A stretch of DNA of 64,000 nt. Source: Chloroflexota bacterium (GTDB taxonomy: Bacteria; Chloroflexota; UBA11872). Made by a program: the position numbers and the translations under genes. Numbering within the stretch: the first letter of the stretch is position 1; each line of letters begins with the position of its first letter. The DNA is taken from contig OZ242271.1 of the NCBI GenBank assembly GCA_965207185.1, positions 64,806 through 128,805 of the forward strand, in the 5' to 3' direction. The notes beneath the pieces are model-generated. The model was not told the DNA's origin. It did not search any database and saw nothing but the letters and a program-made list of their open reading frames with translations. Positions 18,620-26,921 of the stretch are shown here, one piece after another.

Positions 18620-19093
18620 ATGGCCGAGAGTCCGGTCGCCCTGCTGATCGTCTTGCGCTTTGTCCACGTACTTGCGGCGGCGCTTTGGGTAGGCGGGGGG
18701 ATCGTGGTGCTGGCCGTGCGCGCCGCGCCGACCATGGCGCCACTGACCGGCACTTCCAGCGCCGTCCTGGGACGAACCGTTGGGCGCCTGGTCAGCACAG
18801 GATTCGCCGTTTTCGTGCTCACGGGCGTGCTGCTGACCTTCAATCGCCTTGCGGAGCAGACTATCGATGCGGCATACGTGGCGGTACTTGTAAGCAAGGT
18901 GCTGCTCGCGCTGGGCATGTTCCGGCTTGCGCTTCCCGGCCGCCGAGGGACGGTGTCTCACCCCCCGGGATCGGACAGCAAGCCTTGGTGGCAAAGTCGC
19001 ACGGCCTTAATCGTCGGACTCGGACTTGCGATCTACCTGCTGTCGCTGATCCTCAACGAAATGGCCGAACTCAGCTTCAGGAGTGTCGGCTAG
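18620..19093 (+). CDS. CopD-like small membrane protein (4 TM)
   Basis: The N-terminal motif RFVHVLAAALWVGGGIVV resembles the CopD-family HxxAAAxWxGG signature. It lies between the act and ccm genes. Confidence 0.4.
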   Translation: MAESPVALLIVLRFVHVLAAALWVGGGIVVLAVRAAPTMAPLTGTSSAVLGRTVGRLVSTGFAVFVLTGVLLTFNRLAEQTIDAAYVAVLVSKVLLALGMFRLALPGRRGTVSHPPGSDSKPWWQSRTALIVGLGLAIYLLSLILNEMAELSFRSVG

Positions 19094-19556
19094 GCTGGAC
19101 CCGGACACGATGAACGCAACAACCACCACGTCACCTCGCCCTCGGCTGCCGGCGAAACTGCTGTTGCTGGTGGCCGCGCTGACCGCGGCCGTGGGCTTCC
19201 TAATCTGGACCGGCACGCAGGGCGCCACCGTCTACTACCACACGGTTGGCGAAGTGCGCGCCATGGGTTCCGATGCCTTTTACCGCCTGATCCGCGTCAA
19301 CGGCATCGTCGCGGACGGCTCGATCGCCACCTCAACCGACAGCAACCTCATCAGCTTCGACCTGCAAGACGATTCCGGGCGGCTCCCGGTCGAATACCGC
19401 GGTACTCCGCCCGACCTGTTCGGCTACTCGACCGAAGACCGCTACCAGGAGGTGATCGTCGAGGGCCAGCTCGAACCGAGCGGCGCGTTCCGCGCCCGCA
19501 GCCTGATCGTTAAGCACGGGCCCGAATTCGAACCACGCGAAATCCCATCGCAGTAG
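19083..19556 (+). CDS. ccmE: Cytochrome c-type biogenesis heme chaperone CcmE
   Basis: It has an N-terminal TM anchor and an OB-fold, and ends with the ...LIVKHGPEFEP... C-terminus (the KH heme-binding His region). Confidence 0.75.
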   Translation: MSARLDPDTMNATTTTSPRPRLPAKLLLLVAALTAAVGFLIWTGTQGATVYYHTVGEVRAMGSDAFYRLIRVNGIVADGSIATSTDSNLISFDLQDDSGRLPVEYRGTPPDLFGYSTEDRYQEVIVEGQLEPSGAFRARSLIVKHGPEFEPREIPSQ

Positions 19557-19609
19557 GGTCCGCCAACACCGCCTGCCACGAGTCCGGCGCCTCCCCCATC
19601 ACACCGCCA

Positions 19610-20974
19610 ATGCCCCCGGCTATTGAAGCGACCGACCTTTATGTTCGGCTCGGCCAGCGCAATGTGCTCCGAGGCGTCTCCCTATCACTGACGCTCGGCG
19701 AGCGCGTCGCGATCGTGGGGCCCAACGGCGCGGGAAAGACCACCCTGCTCCGGGCGCTGGCGGGTCTGCTGCCACCGCGGCGCGGCACGGTGAGCCTGCG
19801 CGGCGGCAAGGGCCCGGAAGACCCCGCGACGCGCGGCGGACTCGGATTTCTGGGACACCGACCGCCGCTCTATCCGCACCTGACCGCCCGCGAGAACCTG
19901 GGCTTCGCGGCCCGGCTGCATGGCGTTCCTGACGCCGCTGAGCGCATTCGGACCGCGCTGGAGCGCGTGGGACTCTCGGCCGATGCCAATCGCCTGGTCC
20001 GCGACTTCTCGCGCGGGATGCAGCAGCGCCTGGGTCTGGCACTTGCATTGCTTCCCGAACCGGACGTGGTGCTGCTGGACGAGCCGGACGCCAGCCTGGA
20101 CGCGGCCGGTGTCCGTGATCTGCCGTTGGTCCTCGACGCGCTGGCGCCCCGCGCGACCGTGCTCTTCAGCACGCACGACGAGCGCGTGGCGCACGCGCTG
20201 GGCGCCCGAATCGTGCGGCTGGAATCAGGACGCCTGACGGGCGCTGCGGCCGAGCCAAGAGCCCGGCAGCCACAGGACCTCGGGCCTCAATCGCGTCCGC
20301 CGGATTTCGCCCGAGCCGTATGGGCCATGATCGCCAAGGACGCTCGCGTGGAGTGGCGGGCGCGCGAGCAGGTCCCAACGCTGCTCATGTTCACGCTGCT
20401 CGCCGCGGTCGTGTTCGACATGGCGTTCATCGCGGCCCTGGGGTCCGAAGTCGCCGCCGTGGCCGTCGGAGTCCTTTGGATCAGCGTGCTGCTGGCTGCC
20501 ACGCTGGCCGCCACACGCCTGTTCGCGACCGAGTACGAGCGGGGCACCCTGGATGGGCTTTTGGTCGCGCCGGTCGATCCCAGCGGCATTTACCTGGCCA
20601 AGTTCGTGCTGCTGGCATTGGAAACGGCATTCGTCGGCGTTGCGCAGCTCGTATTCCTGAGCCTGCTGCTGAACGTCTCACTCTTCCAAGTGTCTACCGT
20701 CGGCGCCGTGATCCTGGCGTCGGCGGCGATCAGCGCGATCCTGGCCCTGCAAAGCGCCCTGGTGGTAAGCGCGCGCGCCCGTGAAATGCTCATGCCGCTA
20801 CTCGCCATCCCACCGTCAGTACCCGTGCTGCTGGCCGGTGTTGGAATCACCCTTGGCGCGCTGGAAGTCACGCCCGCCGGACAGCAGGGCGCCTGGTTCG
20901 GGTTGCTGGCCGTTGTCGCGGTCGTATTCTTGACTCTTGGGGCGGTCCTGTATCCGCAGGCGGCCCGGACGTAA
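19610..20974 (+). CDS. ccmAB: Fused CcmA (ABC ATPase) - CcmB (heme exporter permease)
   Basis: The N-terminal half has Walker A GPNGAGKTTLL, the signature FSRGMQQRLGLA and Walker B VLLDEPDASLD. The C-terminal half is a 6-TM CcmB-like domain (...FATEYERGTLDGLLVAPV...). It is one continuous ORF of 454 aa. Confidence 0.75.
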   Translation: MPPAIEATDLYVRLGQRNVLRGVSLSLTLGERVAIVGPNGAGKTTLLRALAGLLPPRRGTVSLRGGKGPEDPATRGGLGFLGHRPPLYPHLTARENLGFAARLHGVPDAAERIRTALERVGLSADANRLVRDFSRGMQQRLGLALALLPEPDVVLLDEPDASLDAAGVRDLPLVLDALAPRATVLFSTHDERVAHALGARIVRLESGRLTGAAAEPRARQPQDLGPQSRPPDFARAVWAMIAKDARVEWRAREQVPTLLMFTLLAAVVFDMAFIAALGSEVAAVAVGVLWISVLLAATLAATRLFATEYERGTLDGLLVAPVDPSGIYLAKFVLLALETAFVGVAQLVFLSLLLNVSLFQVSTVGAVILASAAISAILALQSALVVSARAREMLMPLLAIPPSVPVLLAGVGITLGALEVTPAGQQGAWFGLLAVVAVVFLTLGAVLYPQAART

Positions 20975-20986
20975 CGGGAGGACGGC

Positions 20987-21733
20987 ATGCGTCAGGTTCG
21001 AACCACCGAGTTGCCCAGGCCTCGGCGGCTTGGTGCGCTTCGCGAACCTGCAAACGCGGCCCTCTACGCCGCCCTGCTGCTGAGCATGGGCTTGGCCATC
21101 TTCATGGCCTTCATCTTTGCGCCGGCCGAACGCGTGCAGGCCGAGGTCTATCGAATTCTATTTGTGCACGTGCCAAGTGCCTGGCTGGCCTTCTTCGCGT
21201 TTGGCGTTGTTGCGCTTGGCAGCGTGATGTTCCTCATTCGCGGAAAGTCCGGTTGGGATCGCCTGGCTCTCGCCTCTGCCGAAATCGGCGTGCTGTTCAC
21301 CACGTTGACGCTGGTCACGGGTTCGATCTGGGGCCGCAGCGTCTGGGGCGTGTGGTGGCAGTGGGATCCGCGCCTGACCACCACCCTCATCATGTGGTTC
21401 ATCTACGTGAGCTACCTGGCTTTGCGCGCATACATCGACGATCCGGATGCCCGCCAGCGCATGGCGTCGGTTGTGGGCATCGTCGGTGTCGTGAGCGTGC
21501 CGATCGTTTGGTTCTCGGTGGAGTGGTGGCGCAGCCTTCATCCCACACCCTCGATCACCAACCCGGGTGGCGGAATGCCGGCTGAGATGCTGACCACGCT
21601 GCTGGTTTCGGTTGCCGCCTTCACCGTCTTCTACGTCGCCCTGGTACGGCAGCGCATGCAGCTCGAGCTGGCCGTGGCCGAATTGGGAAGCCTGCGCGAA
21701 CGACTGCACGAACGGAACGAGGATTCCGCATGA
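20987..21733 (+). CDS. ccmC: Heme exporter protein CcmC
   Basis: It has the WWD domain WGVWWQWDPRLTT and a CcmC-like topology. Confidence 0.85.
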   Translation: MRQVRTTELPRPRRLGALREPANAALYAALLLSMGLAIFMAFIFAPAERVQAEVYRILFVHVPSAWLAFFAFGVVALGSVMFLIRGKSGWDRLALASAEIGVLFTTLTLVTGSIWGRSVWGVWWQWDPRLTTTLIMWFIYVSYLALRAYIDDPDARQRMASVVGIVGVVSVPIVWFSVEWWRSLHPTPSITNPGGGMPAEMLTTLLVSVAAFTVFYVALVRQRMQLELAVAELGSLRERLHERNEDSA

Positions 21734-21900
21734 CAAGCGACCTGCTATACCTGTTCATCGGCTTCAGCGCCGTCTGGGTTGGTGTCTTCGGCTACCTGGT
21801 GTACGTCACCGGGCGCGTGCGCAGCGTGCGCGACGAACTGCATGATCTGCGCGGGCAACTAGACGCGCCGCAGGCAGGGCGAGAAACGTCGAGCCACTGA
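21730..21900 (+). CDS. ccmD: Heme exporter protein CcmD (56 aa, single TM)
   Basis: It is absent from the ORF track because it is under 60 aa. The translation is MTSDLLYLFIGFSAVWVGVFGYLVYVTGRVRSVRDELHDLRGQLD... Its start overlaps the ccmC stop as ATGA and it lies between ccmC and ccmF. Confidence 0.65.
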   Translation: MTSDLLYLFIGFSAVWVGVFGYLVYVTGRVRSVRDELHDLRGQLDAPQAGRETSSH

Positions 21901-21950
21901 CACGAATTTTACGGAGACGACTCCGCCCGCCTCGCTAATGCGAACCGGAT

Positions 21951-23951
21951 ATGCCTGACCTCGTTGATGCCGGCCGCCTGGGTCTGGGGTTTGCCTTTGG
22001 CGTCGCCGTCCTACAGATGCTGCTTGCCCTCGCCGGCGTGCTGCGGCGCACGCCGGAACTGAGCCGCAGCGCAGCCAACGCCGCGTCGGCGCAGGCCGCC
22101 CTGCTGACCGTGGTGGCCGCCGGCCTGGCGGCCGGCTTCCTGGCTCGCGACTTCTCAATCCAGTTTGTGGCCGATCACTCCAGTTCGGTCATGCCAACCG
22201 GGCTCACCATTGCCGCCCTCTGGGGCGGTCAGGAAGGCTCCCTCCTGTTCTGGACCTGGTCGATGAGCCTCTTCGCGGCGGTCGCCACACGCCGCATGTT
22301 GACCGCGGATGGCGTGGCCGGCCCCCACGGGATCGTCGTGCTCAGCGGCCTGCAGCTCTTCTTTCTGGGGGTACTCGTCTTCACGTCGTCGCCGTTCTCG
22401 CGGCTGGTGGCCGCGCCGGCCGAGGGGCGCGGACTCAATCCCCTGCTGTGGGACAGCGGCATGCAGATCCATCCCCCGATGCTTCTCTCGGGTTACATGA
22501 GCTTTGGCATCCCGTTCGCATTTGCCGCCGGGTTGCTGCTGGCCGGCCGTGTGACCCAACCCTGGCTGCGCGAAATGCGGAACTGGATGCTGCTGGCCTG
22601 GGCCATTCAGAGCGCCGGGCTGCTGCTGGGCGCCTGGTGGGCCTATCGGGTGCTCGGCTGGGGCGGCTACTGGGGCTGGGATCCCGTGGAAAACGTGGCG
22701 TTGCTGCCCTGGCTGGTGGCCACGGCCTACTTGCACTCCGCCCTGGCGCAGGAGCGGCGCGGCCAGTTGCGCGCCTGGGCGATCGGCCTGGTGCTAGTGA
22801 CCTACGCGCTGGCCATCTTCGGCACGTTCGTGGTCCGCAGCGGCGTCCTATCGTCGGTCCACAACTTCGCCCTGTCTGATGTCGGCCCGATCTTCTTCGT
22901 CTTCGTCGGTGCACTTCTTATCCTGTCGGCCGCGCTGTTCATCTACCGCCTGCCCCTCCTCCGCTCGGATGAACCAATAACCGCCGTTGCGTCGAAAGAG
23001 GCGGGATTCCTGATCAACAATCTGCTGATGCTGGCCATCGCGGCGGCAACCTTCTGGGGCACGGTGTTCCCGATGGTCACGGAAATCGTGCAGGGCGCAC
23101 GCATCGCCGTCGGACCGCCGTTCTACACCCAGGTCAACGTGCCGTTGCTGGTGGCAACGCTTGGGCTACTGGCCATCTGGCCGCTGCTGGCCTGGCGCCG
23201 TACGTCGCTGGGTGCCGCCTGGAGGGCAACCCGCTGGCCGGTCGCCACGCTAGTAGTCGTTTCGGTGCTGCTTGCCGTCTTGGGGATGCGCGACGGATTA
23301 CCGATCATTGCTATCGGGCTCACGGCGGCCGTCGCCGCCGGAGTCGCGCTGGAGTACGTCCGCAGCGTGCGTGCCGGACTGGCTCGCCAGCGCGAGGTGT
23401 CCGCGGGTCCATACCCGATCTTCCTGGGCAATCGGCGCCGGTTGGGCAGCTATCTCGTTCACCTGGGCATCGCCATCCTGGCCCTCGGAATCATCGCCTC
23501 GGCCGCCTTCAGCCAGGAGACCGCCGCCAACGTCGAGCGCGGCGAAGCCGTGAGCCTTGGTCCATACGACGTTGTCTTTCAGGGCCTCAGAAGCAGCGTG
23601 CAACCGGGTCTGAATACGGTCGTCGCCGAGGTGGACGTTGTTCGCGACGGCGCCCTGATCGACCGTCTGTCGCCCGCCCGTCGCATTCACGCGGGTTGGG
23701 AGAACCAGCCGACGGCCGACGTGGCGGTCAGCACGACCCTGCCGCACCTGGACGACGTCTACGTGCTGTTGAGTTCGTGGGACCAGAGCGGAACATCCGC
23801 AACTATTCGCTTATTGGTCAACCCGCTGGTCGTTCTGCTGTGGGTCGGTGGAATCGTCTACTTCGTCGGAATCCTGGTCATTGCCTGGCCAGTCCAGCGC
23901 CGGGATCCGGCTGAGATCCCTGCCGCCACTCCCCGGCCCGCGGTTCTGTGA
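21951..23951 (+). CDS. ccmF: Cytochrome c-type biogenesis protein CcmF (heme lyase component)
   Basis: It is a 666 aa polytopic protein with the WGGQEGSLLFWTW region and the second WWD-like motif WGGYWGWDPVEN. Confidence 0.85.
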   Translation: MPDLVDAGRLGLGFAFGVAVLQMLLALAGVLRRTPELSRSAANAASAQAALLTVVAAGLAAGFLARDFSIQFVADHSSSVMPTGLTIAALWGGQEGSLLFWTWSMSLFAAVATRRMLTADGVAGPHGIVVLSGLQLFFLGVLVFTSSPFSRLVAAPAEGRGLNPLLWDSGMQIHPPMLLSGYMSFGIPFAFAAGLLLAGRVTQPWLREMRNWMLLAWAIQSAGLLLGAWWAYRVLGWGGYWGWDPVENVALLPWLVATAYLHSALAQERRGQLRAWAIGLVLVTYALAIFGTFVVRSGVLSSVHNFALSDVGPIFFVFVGALLILSAALFIYRLPLLRSDEPITAVASKEAGFLINNLLMLAIAAATFWGTVFPMVTEIVQGARIAVGPPFYTQVNVPLLVATLGLLAIWPLLAWRRTSLGAAWRATRWPVATLVVVSVLLAVLGMRDGLPIIAIGLTAAVAAGVALEYVRSVRAGLARQREVSAGPYPIFLGNRRRLGSYLVHLGIAILALGIIASAAFSQETAANVERGEAVSLGPYDVVFQGLRSSVQPGLNTVVAEVDVVRDGALIDRLSPARRIHAGWENQPTADVAVSTTLPHLDDVYVLLSSWDQSGTSATIRLLVNPLVVLLWVGGIVYFVGILVIAWPVQRRDPAEIPAATPRPAVL

Positions 23952-24433
23952 GACGGTTAAACGCCGGTCTGCTGCTCGGCCTGCTCGCTGTTGTCGTGCT
24001 GGCGGTGCCCACGCAGGCGGCCGAGGAGCCGGATCTGCCAACGCGCAAGCGCATGTGGTCGATTGCCGAGGGGCTCGACTGCCCGGTCTGCCAGGGACAG
24101 TCCGTACGCGAGTCCAACGCCCAACTCGCCGCCCAGATGCGGGAGATTATTCTCATCAAGCTCCAGGCTGGCGAGTCCGAGGAGCAGATCTTTGGCTTCT
24201 TTGCCGACCGCTACGGGCCGGGCGTCTTGCGGGAGCCGCCTCGAGAGGGACTGGCGCTGGGTGTCTGGATTGGACCAATAGCCATCCTTGCCCTGGGCGT
24301 CGTGCTGCTTGGCTGGGCTCTGACGCGCGGGCGACGACCCTCGCTCGCGGCGGCTGACGGCGATCTGCAGGCGTACGAGCGGCAGGTGGACGACCTGCGC
24401 AAGGCGAGACGCGACTCGCCGCCATCAGCGTGA
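23948..24433 (+). CDS. ccmH: Cytochrome c-type biogenesis protein CcmH (NrfF-like)
   Basis: It has a signal peptide, the LDCPVCQGQSV CxxC motif and a C-terminal TM. Its start overlaps the ccmF stop as GTGA. Confidence 0.8.
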   Translation: MRRLNAGLLLGLLAVVVLAVPTQAAEEPDLPTRKRMWSIAEGLDCPVCQGQSVRESNAQLAAQMREIILIKLQAGESEEQIFGFFADRYGPGVLREPPREGLALGVWIGPIAILALGVVLLGWALTRGRRPSLAAADGDLQAYERQVDDLRKARRDSPPSA

Positions 24434-25665
24434 CGGCCGCGCTGCTGAGCCTGGCGGTCCTGGTGATCGCCGCCGCTGGCTTCCTTTGGGTGCTCGCACC
24501 GCTAATTCGCCGGTCGCCCGCACACGCGGAACTGCATGACGGCGATGAGGAAGTTGCCGTCGAACGCGGCCTGCGCATGCTGGACGACCTGCAGGCCGAA
24601 CGCGACCGCGGCGCCATAAGTACGGGGGACTTCGAGCGAGTCAGCCGAGAAATTCGCCGTGACACCGCGCAACGCTTGTTGAATCGCGACGAACGCCGGG
24701 CTCGGCTCGACGCTGCCGTCGAGGCACTCGTCGGCGGCACCGCTCCTGTGCCGGCGCTGGCAGCGGCTCCCGGCCCACGAGCCGGCACCCTGGCCTGGGT
24801 CGCACCGAGCGTTGCTTTGGTCGCCTTGCTTGGCGTGCTCGTAACGGTGATTACCGTCGGCGCGCGTTCAGCTGCCGCCGAGCAGGAACCGGTGGGCAAC
24901 GTAGGCGCGGCCGCGATCTCGGGAGCGGCAGTCGCATCCAGCGACCCCAATCTCCTCGTCGTGACTCACGCCACAGGCGCGGAACTCAGTCGTGACGCCG
25001 GAGAAACCTGGTCGTCGGCCGTGGGTCCCGGGGCAACGGTCGCTGCGGCCGCCGGATCAGGCACGCTGTACGTGCTGGCAAGCGACGGCGTGTGGTCGAG
25101 TGAGGACCAGGGCGCCACCTGGGGTCGCGACCCGAACTTCCCGGCGTTGCGGCAGCTAGCCGTCGGGTCGCGTGGTGGGGGGATGGCCGGCGTCGACGGC
25201 GCAGGATCCATGCTGATCAGCAACGACATGGGCCGCAGTTGGGAGCCAGGTCCGACGGACGCACCGGCCAGCCTTACGGGACTGGCGGTGGTCGATTTCG
25301 ACGCGCCGTTCATCCTTGCGGCCACCGGCGCCGAGGGCGTGCTCGCCTCCGAAGCCAGCGGCGGTTGGCGGGGCGCCAATGGGTTTGTGAACGGCGTCTT
25401 GCCCACGATCACGGTTCGGGCTGTCGTCTACGAGCCCGAAACGGGTGATTCCTTCAGTTCGGCGTCAGGCGATCGCTTTGAGGGCGCTGCCTTTGTCGCC
25501 ACCGACGCGGGTGTGTTCAAGTCCGTCGACGGCATGCAATCGTGGGTTCGACTTCCTCTGCGAGCGGACGTGCGGGCACTGGCCATTAGCGGACGGACGC
25601 TCTATGCCATTGCAACTGACGGCTCGGTCTTCCGCAGCCGCGACGCGGGGGCCAGTTGGCGATGA
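24430..25665 (+). CDS. CcmI-N-like membrane module fused to a BNR/Ycf48-like beta-propeller domain
   Basis: The N-terminus has two TM helices flanking a charged loop (...ERGLRMLDDLQAERDRGAISTGDFERVSREIRRDTAQRLL), resembling the CcmI N-terminal module. The C-terminal 260 aa has repeated SxDxGxTW-like BNR motifs: SRDAGETWS, SEDQGATWG, SNDMGRSWE, SVDGMQSWV and SRDAGASWR. Confidence 0.55.
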   Translation: MTAALLSLAVLVIAAAGFLWVLAPLIRRSPAHAELHDGDEEVAVERGLRMLDDLQAERDRGAISTGDFERVSREIRRDTAQRLLNRDERRARLDAAVEALVGGTAPVPALAAAPGPRAGTLAWVAPSVALVALLGVLVTVITVGARSAAAEQEPVGNVGAAAISGAAVASSDPNLLVVTHATGAELSRDAGETWSSAVGPGATVAAAAGSGTLYVLASDGVWSSEDQGATWGRDPNFPALRQLAVGSRGGGMAGVDGAGSMLISNDMGRSWEPGPTDAPASLTGLAVVDFDAPFILAATGAEGVLASEASGGWRGANGFVNGVLPTITVRAVVYEPETGDSFSSASGDRFEGAAFVATDAGVFKSVDGMQSWVRLPLRADVRALAISGRTLYAIATDGSVFRSRDAGASWR

Positions 25666-26858
25666 AACGAACGCTCGCGCTAACGGCTCTGCTGGTCGTC
25701 CTGGCCATCGCCACCGTGACTGGCGTGAAGGCCGAAGGCAGTGCCGAGATTATTGGGCGTCTCACACCGGCCACGCCGGGCTCGACATTGCCGGCCGGCC
25801 TGATCGTCAGGCTCGATGGATTTCGGCAGTCCGATCGCCTGCCAACCAGTGAGGTTGTCGTGGGCGCCGACGGCGTCTTCGCTTTCGCGGACGTGGCTGC
25901 CGGCGGCGAGTACGCCTATCTCGTCTCCTTTGAAGCCGAGGGCGTGCGCTACAGCAGCGACATTCTGCAGGTGGTGGCCGGTGAGCCCACGGCCGTGCAG
26001 ATCGATGTATTTGCGGTAACCGAAACAGATCCGGGGATCAGTTTTCAAAGCCTCACCCGGCTGCTCAGGCGACAAACGGCGGATACGCTCTCGGTCGTCG
26101 AGGTGGCCGAAGTGCACGTCCCGGGAAGTCGCGCCTACCTGCCGGTGCAACAGCCGGGATTGCCGCCGCCGTTGCGATTCGGCGTGCCTGACGGGGCGTT
26201 CAACCTGCAGCCGGTCGCGGGATTCGGGCCAGGCGACGCCGTCATCGGCGGCCCGGGCTTTGCGGTGTTTGCGGGGCTCCAGCCAGGCGTGACGACCCTG
26301 GTCTACGGCTATCAGCTTGCGCTTGAGGGTGGGGCCGTGGCTTTCGACTGGGCGCCGGCGCTGAATACGGACATCGCGATTCTGCTGGTTGAGTCTGGTC
26401 TGCTCTCCGCGTCCGTCAGCGGGCTGGAGGCTCGCGGCGACGACGCCTTTGGAGGTACCAGCGTCCTCCGCTGGCAGGCGACGGACGTGACCGCTCGCCA
26501 GTCGTTTGGCATTCGCATAGTCGAGACGTCACTCCCGGGTATCGTGCGCACGCTTCGCGCCACAACCGCCGACCGCTGGGCGCTCGTTGCCACCGTGCCG
26601 GCAGTCGTGGCGGGGCTGATCGTGGTGATCTGGCGGCGCGGCTGGCGGCGTCGGCCGGCCACCGACCCGGAGGCCCAGGCCGCCGAACTGCTTGCGGAAC
26701 TGCGCGCGCTGGATGCTTCCAGGGACTCGGACGCGCTCGGGCGCCGGGCCGCCACCAAGCACGCGCTCCTGGCTCTCCTGGAGCGGCGCCCCGAGGTGCT
26801 GGGTGACCTCCGGCGCTCCGGCCGATCGTCGCGAGAGGCTTCACCGGACGAGACTTGA
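25662..26858 (+). CDS. Hypothetical secreted, C-terminally membrane-anchored protein
   Basis: It has a signal peptide (MKRTLALTALLVVLAIATVTGVKA), a beta-rich domain, a TM helix ALVATVPAVVAGLIVVIW and a short charged cytoplasmic tail. It is translationally coupled to the preceding gene. Confidence 0.5.
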   Translation: MKRTLALTALLVVLAIATVTGVKAEGSAEIIGRLTPATPGSTLPAGLIVRLDGFRQSDRLPTSEVVVGADGVFAFADVAAGGEYAYLVSFEAEGVRYSSDILQVVAGEPTAVQIDVFAVTETDPGISFQSLTRLLRRQTADTLSVVEVAEVHVPGSRAYLPVQQPGLPPPLRFGVPDGAFNLQPVAGFGPGDAVIGGPGFAVFAGLQPGVTTLVYGYQLALEGGAVAFDWAPALNTDIAILLVESGLLSASVSGLEARGDDAFGGTSVLRWQATDVTARQSFGIRIVETSLPGIVRTLRATTADRWALVATVPAVVAGLIVVIWRRGWRRRPATDPEAQAAELLAELRALDASRDSDALGRRAATKHALLALLERRPEVLGDLRRSGRSSREASPDET

Positions 26859-26921
26859 GCCGAGATCGAAGGAACACTCCCGTATTTCGACCGGCCGGGG
26901 TGGACCTGCCGAGCAGACCGA

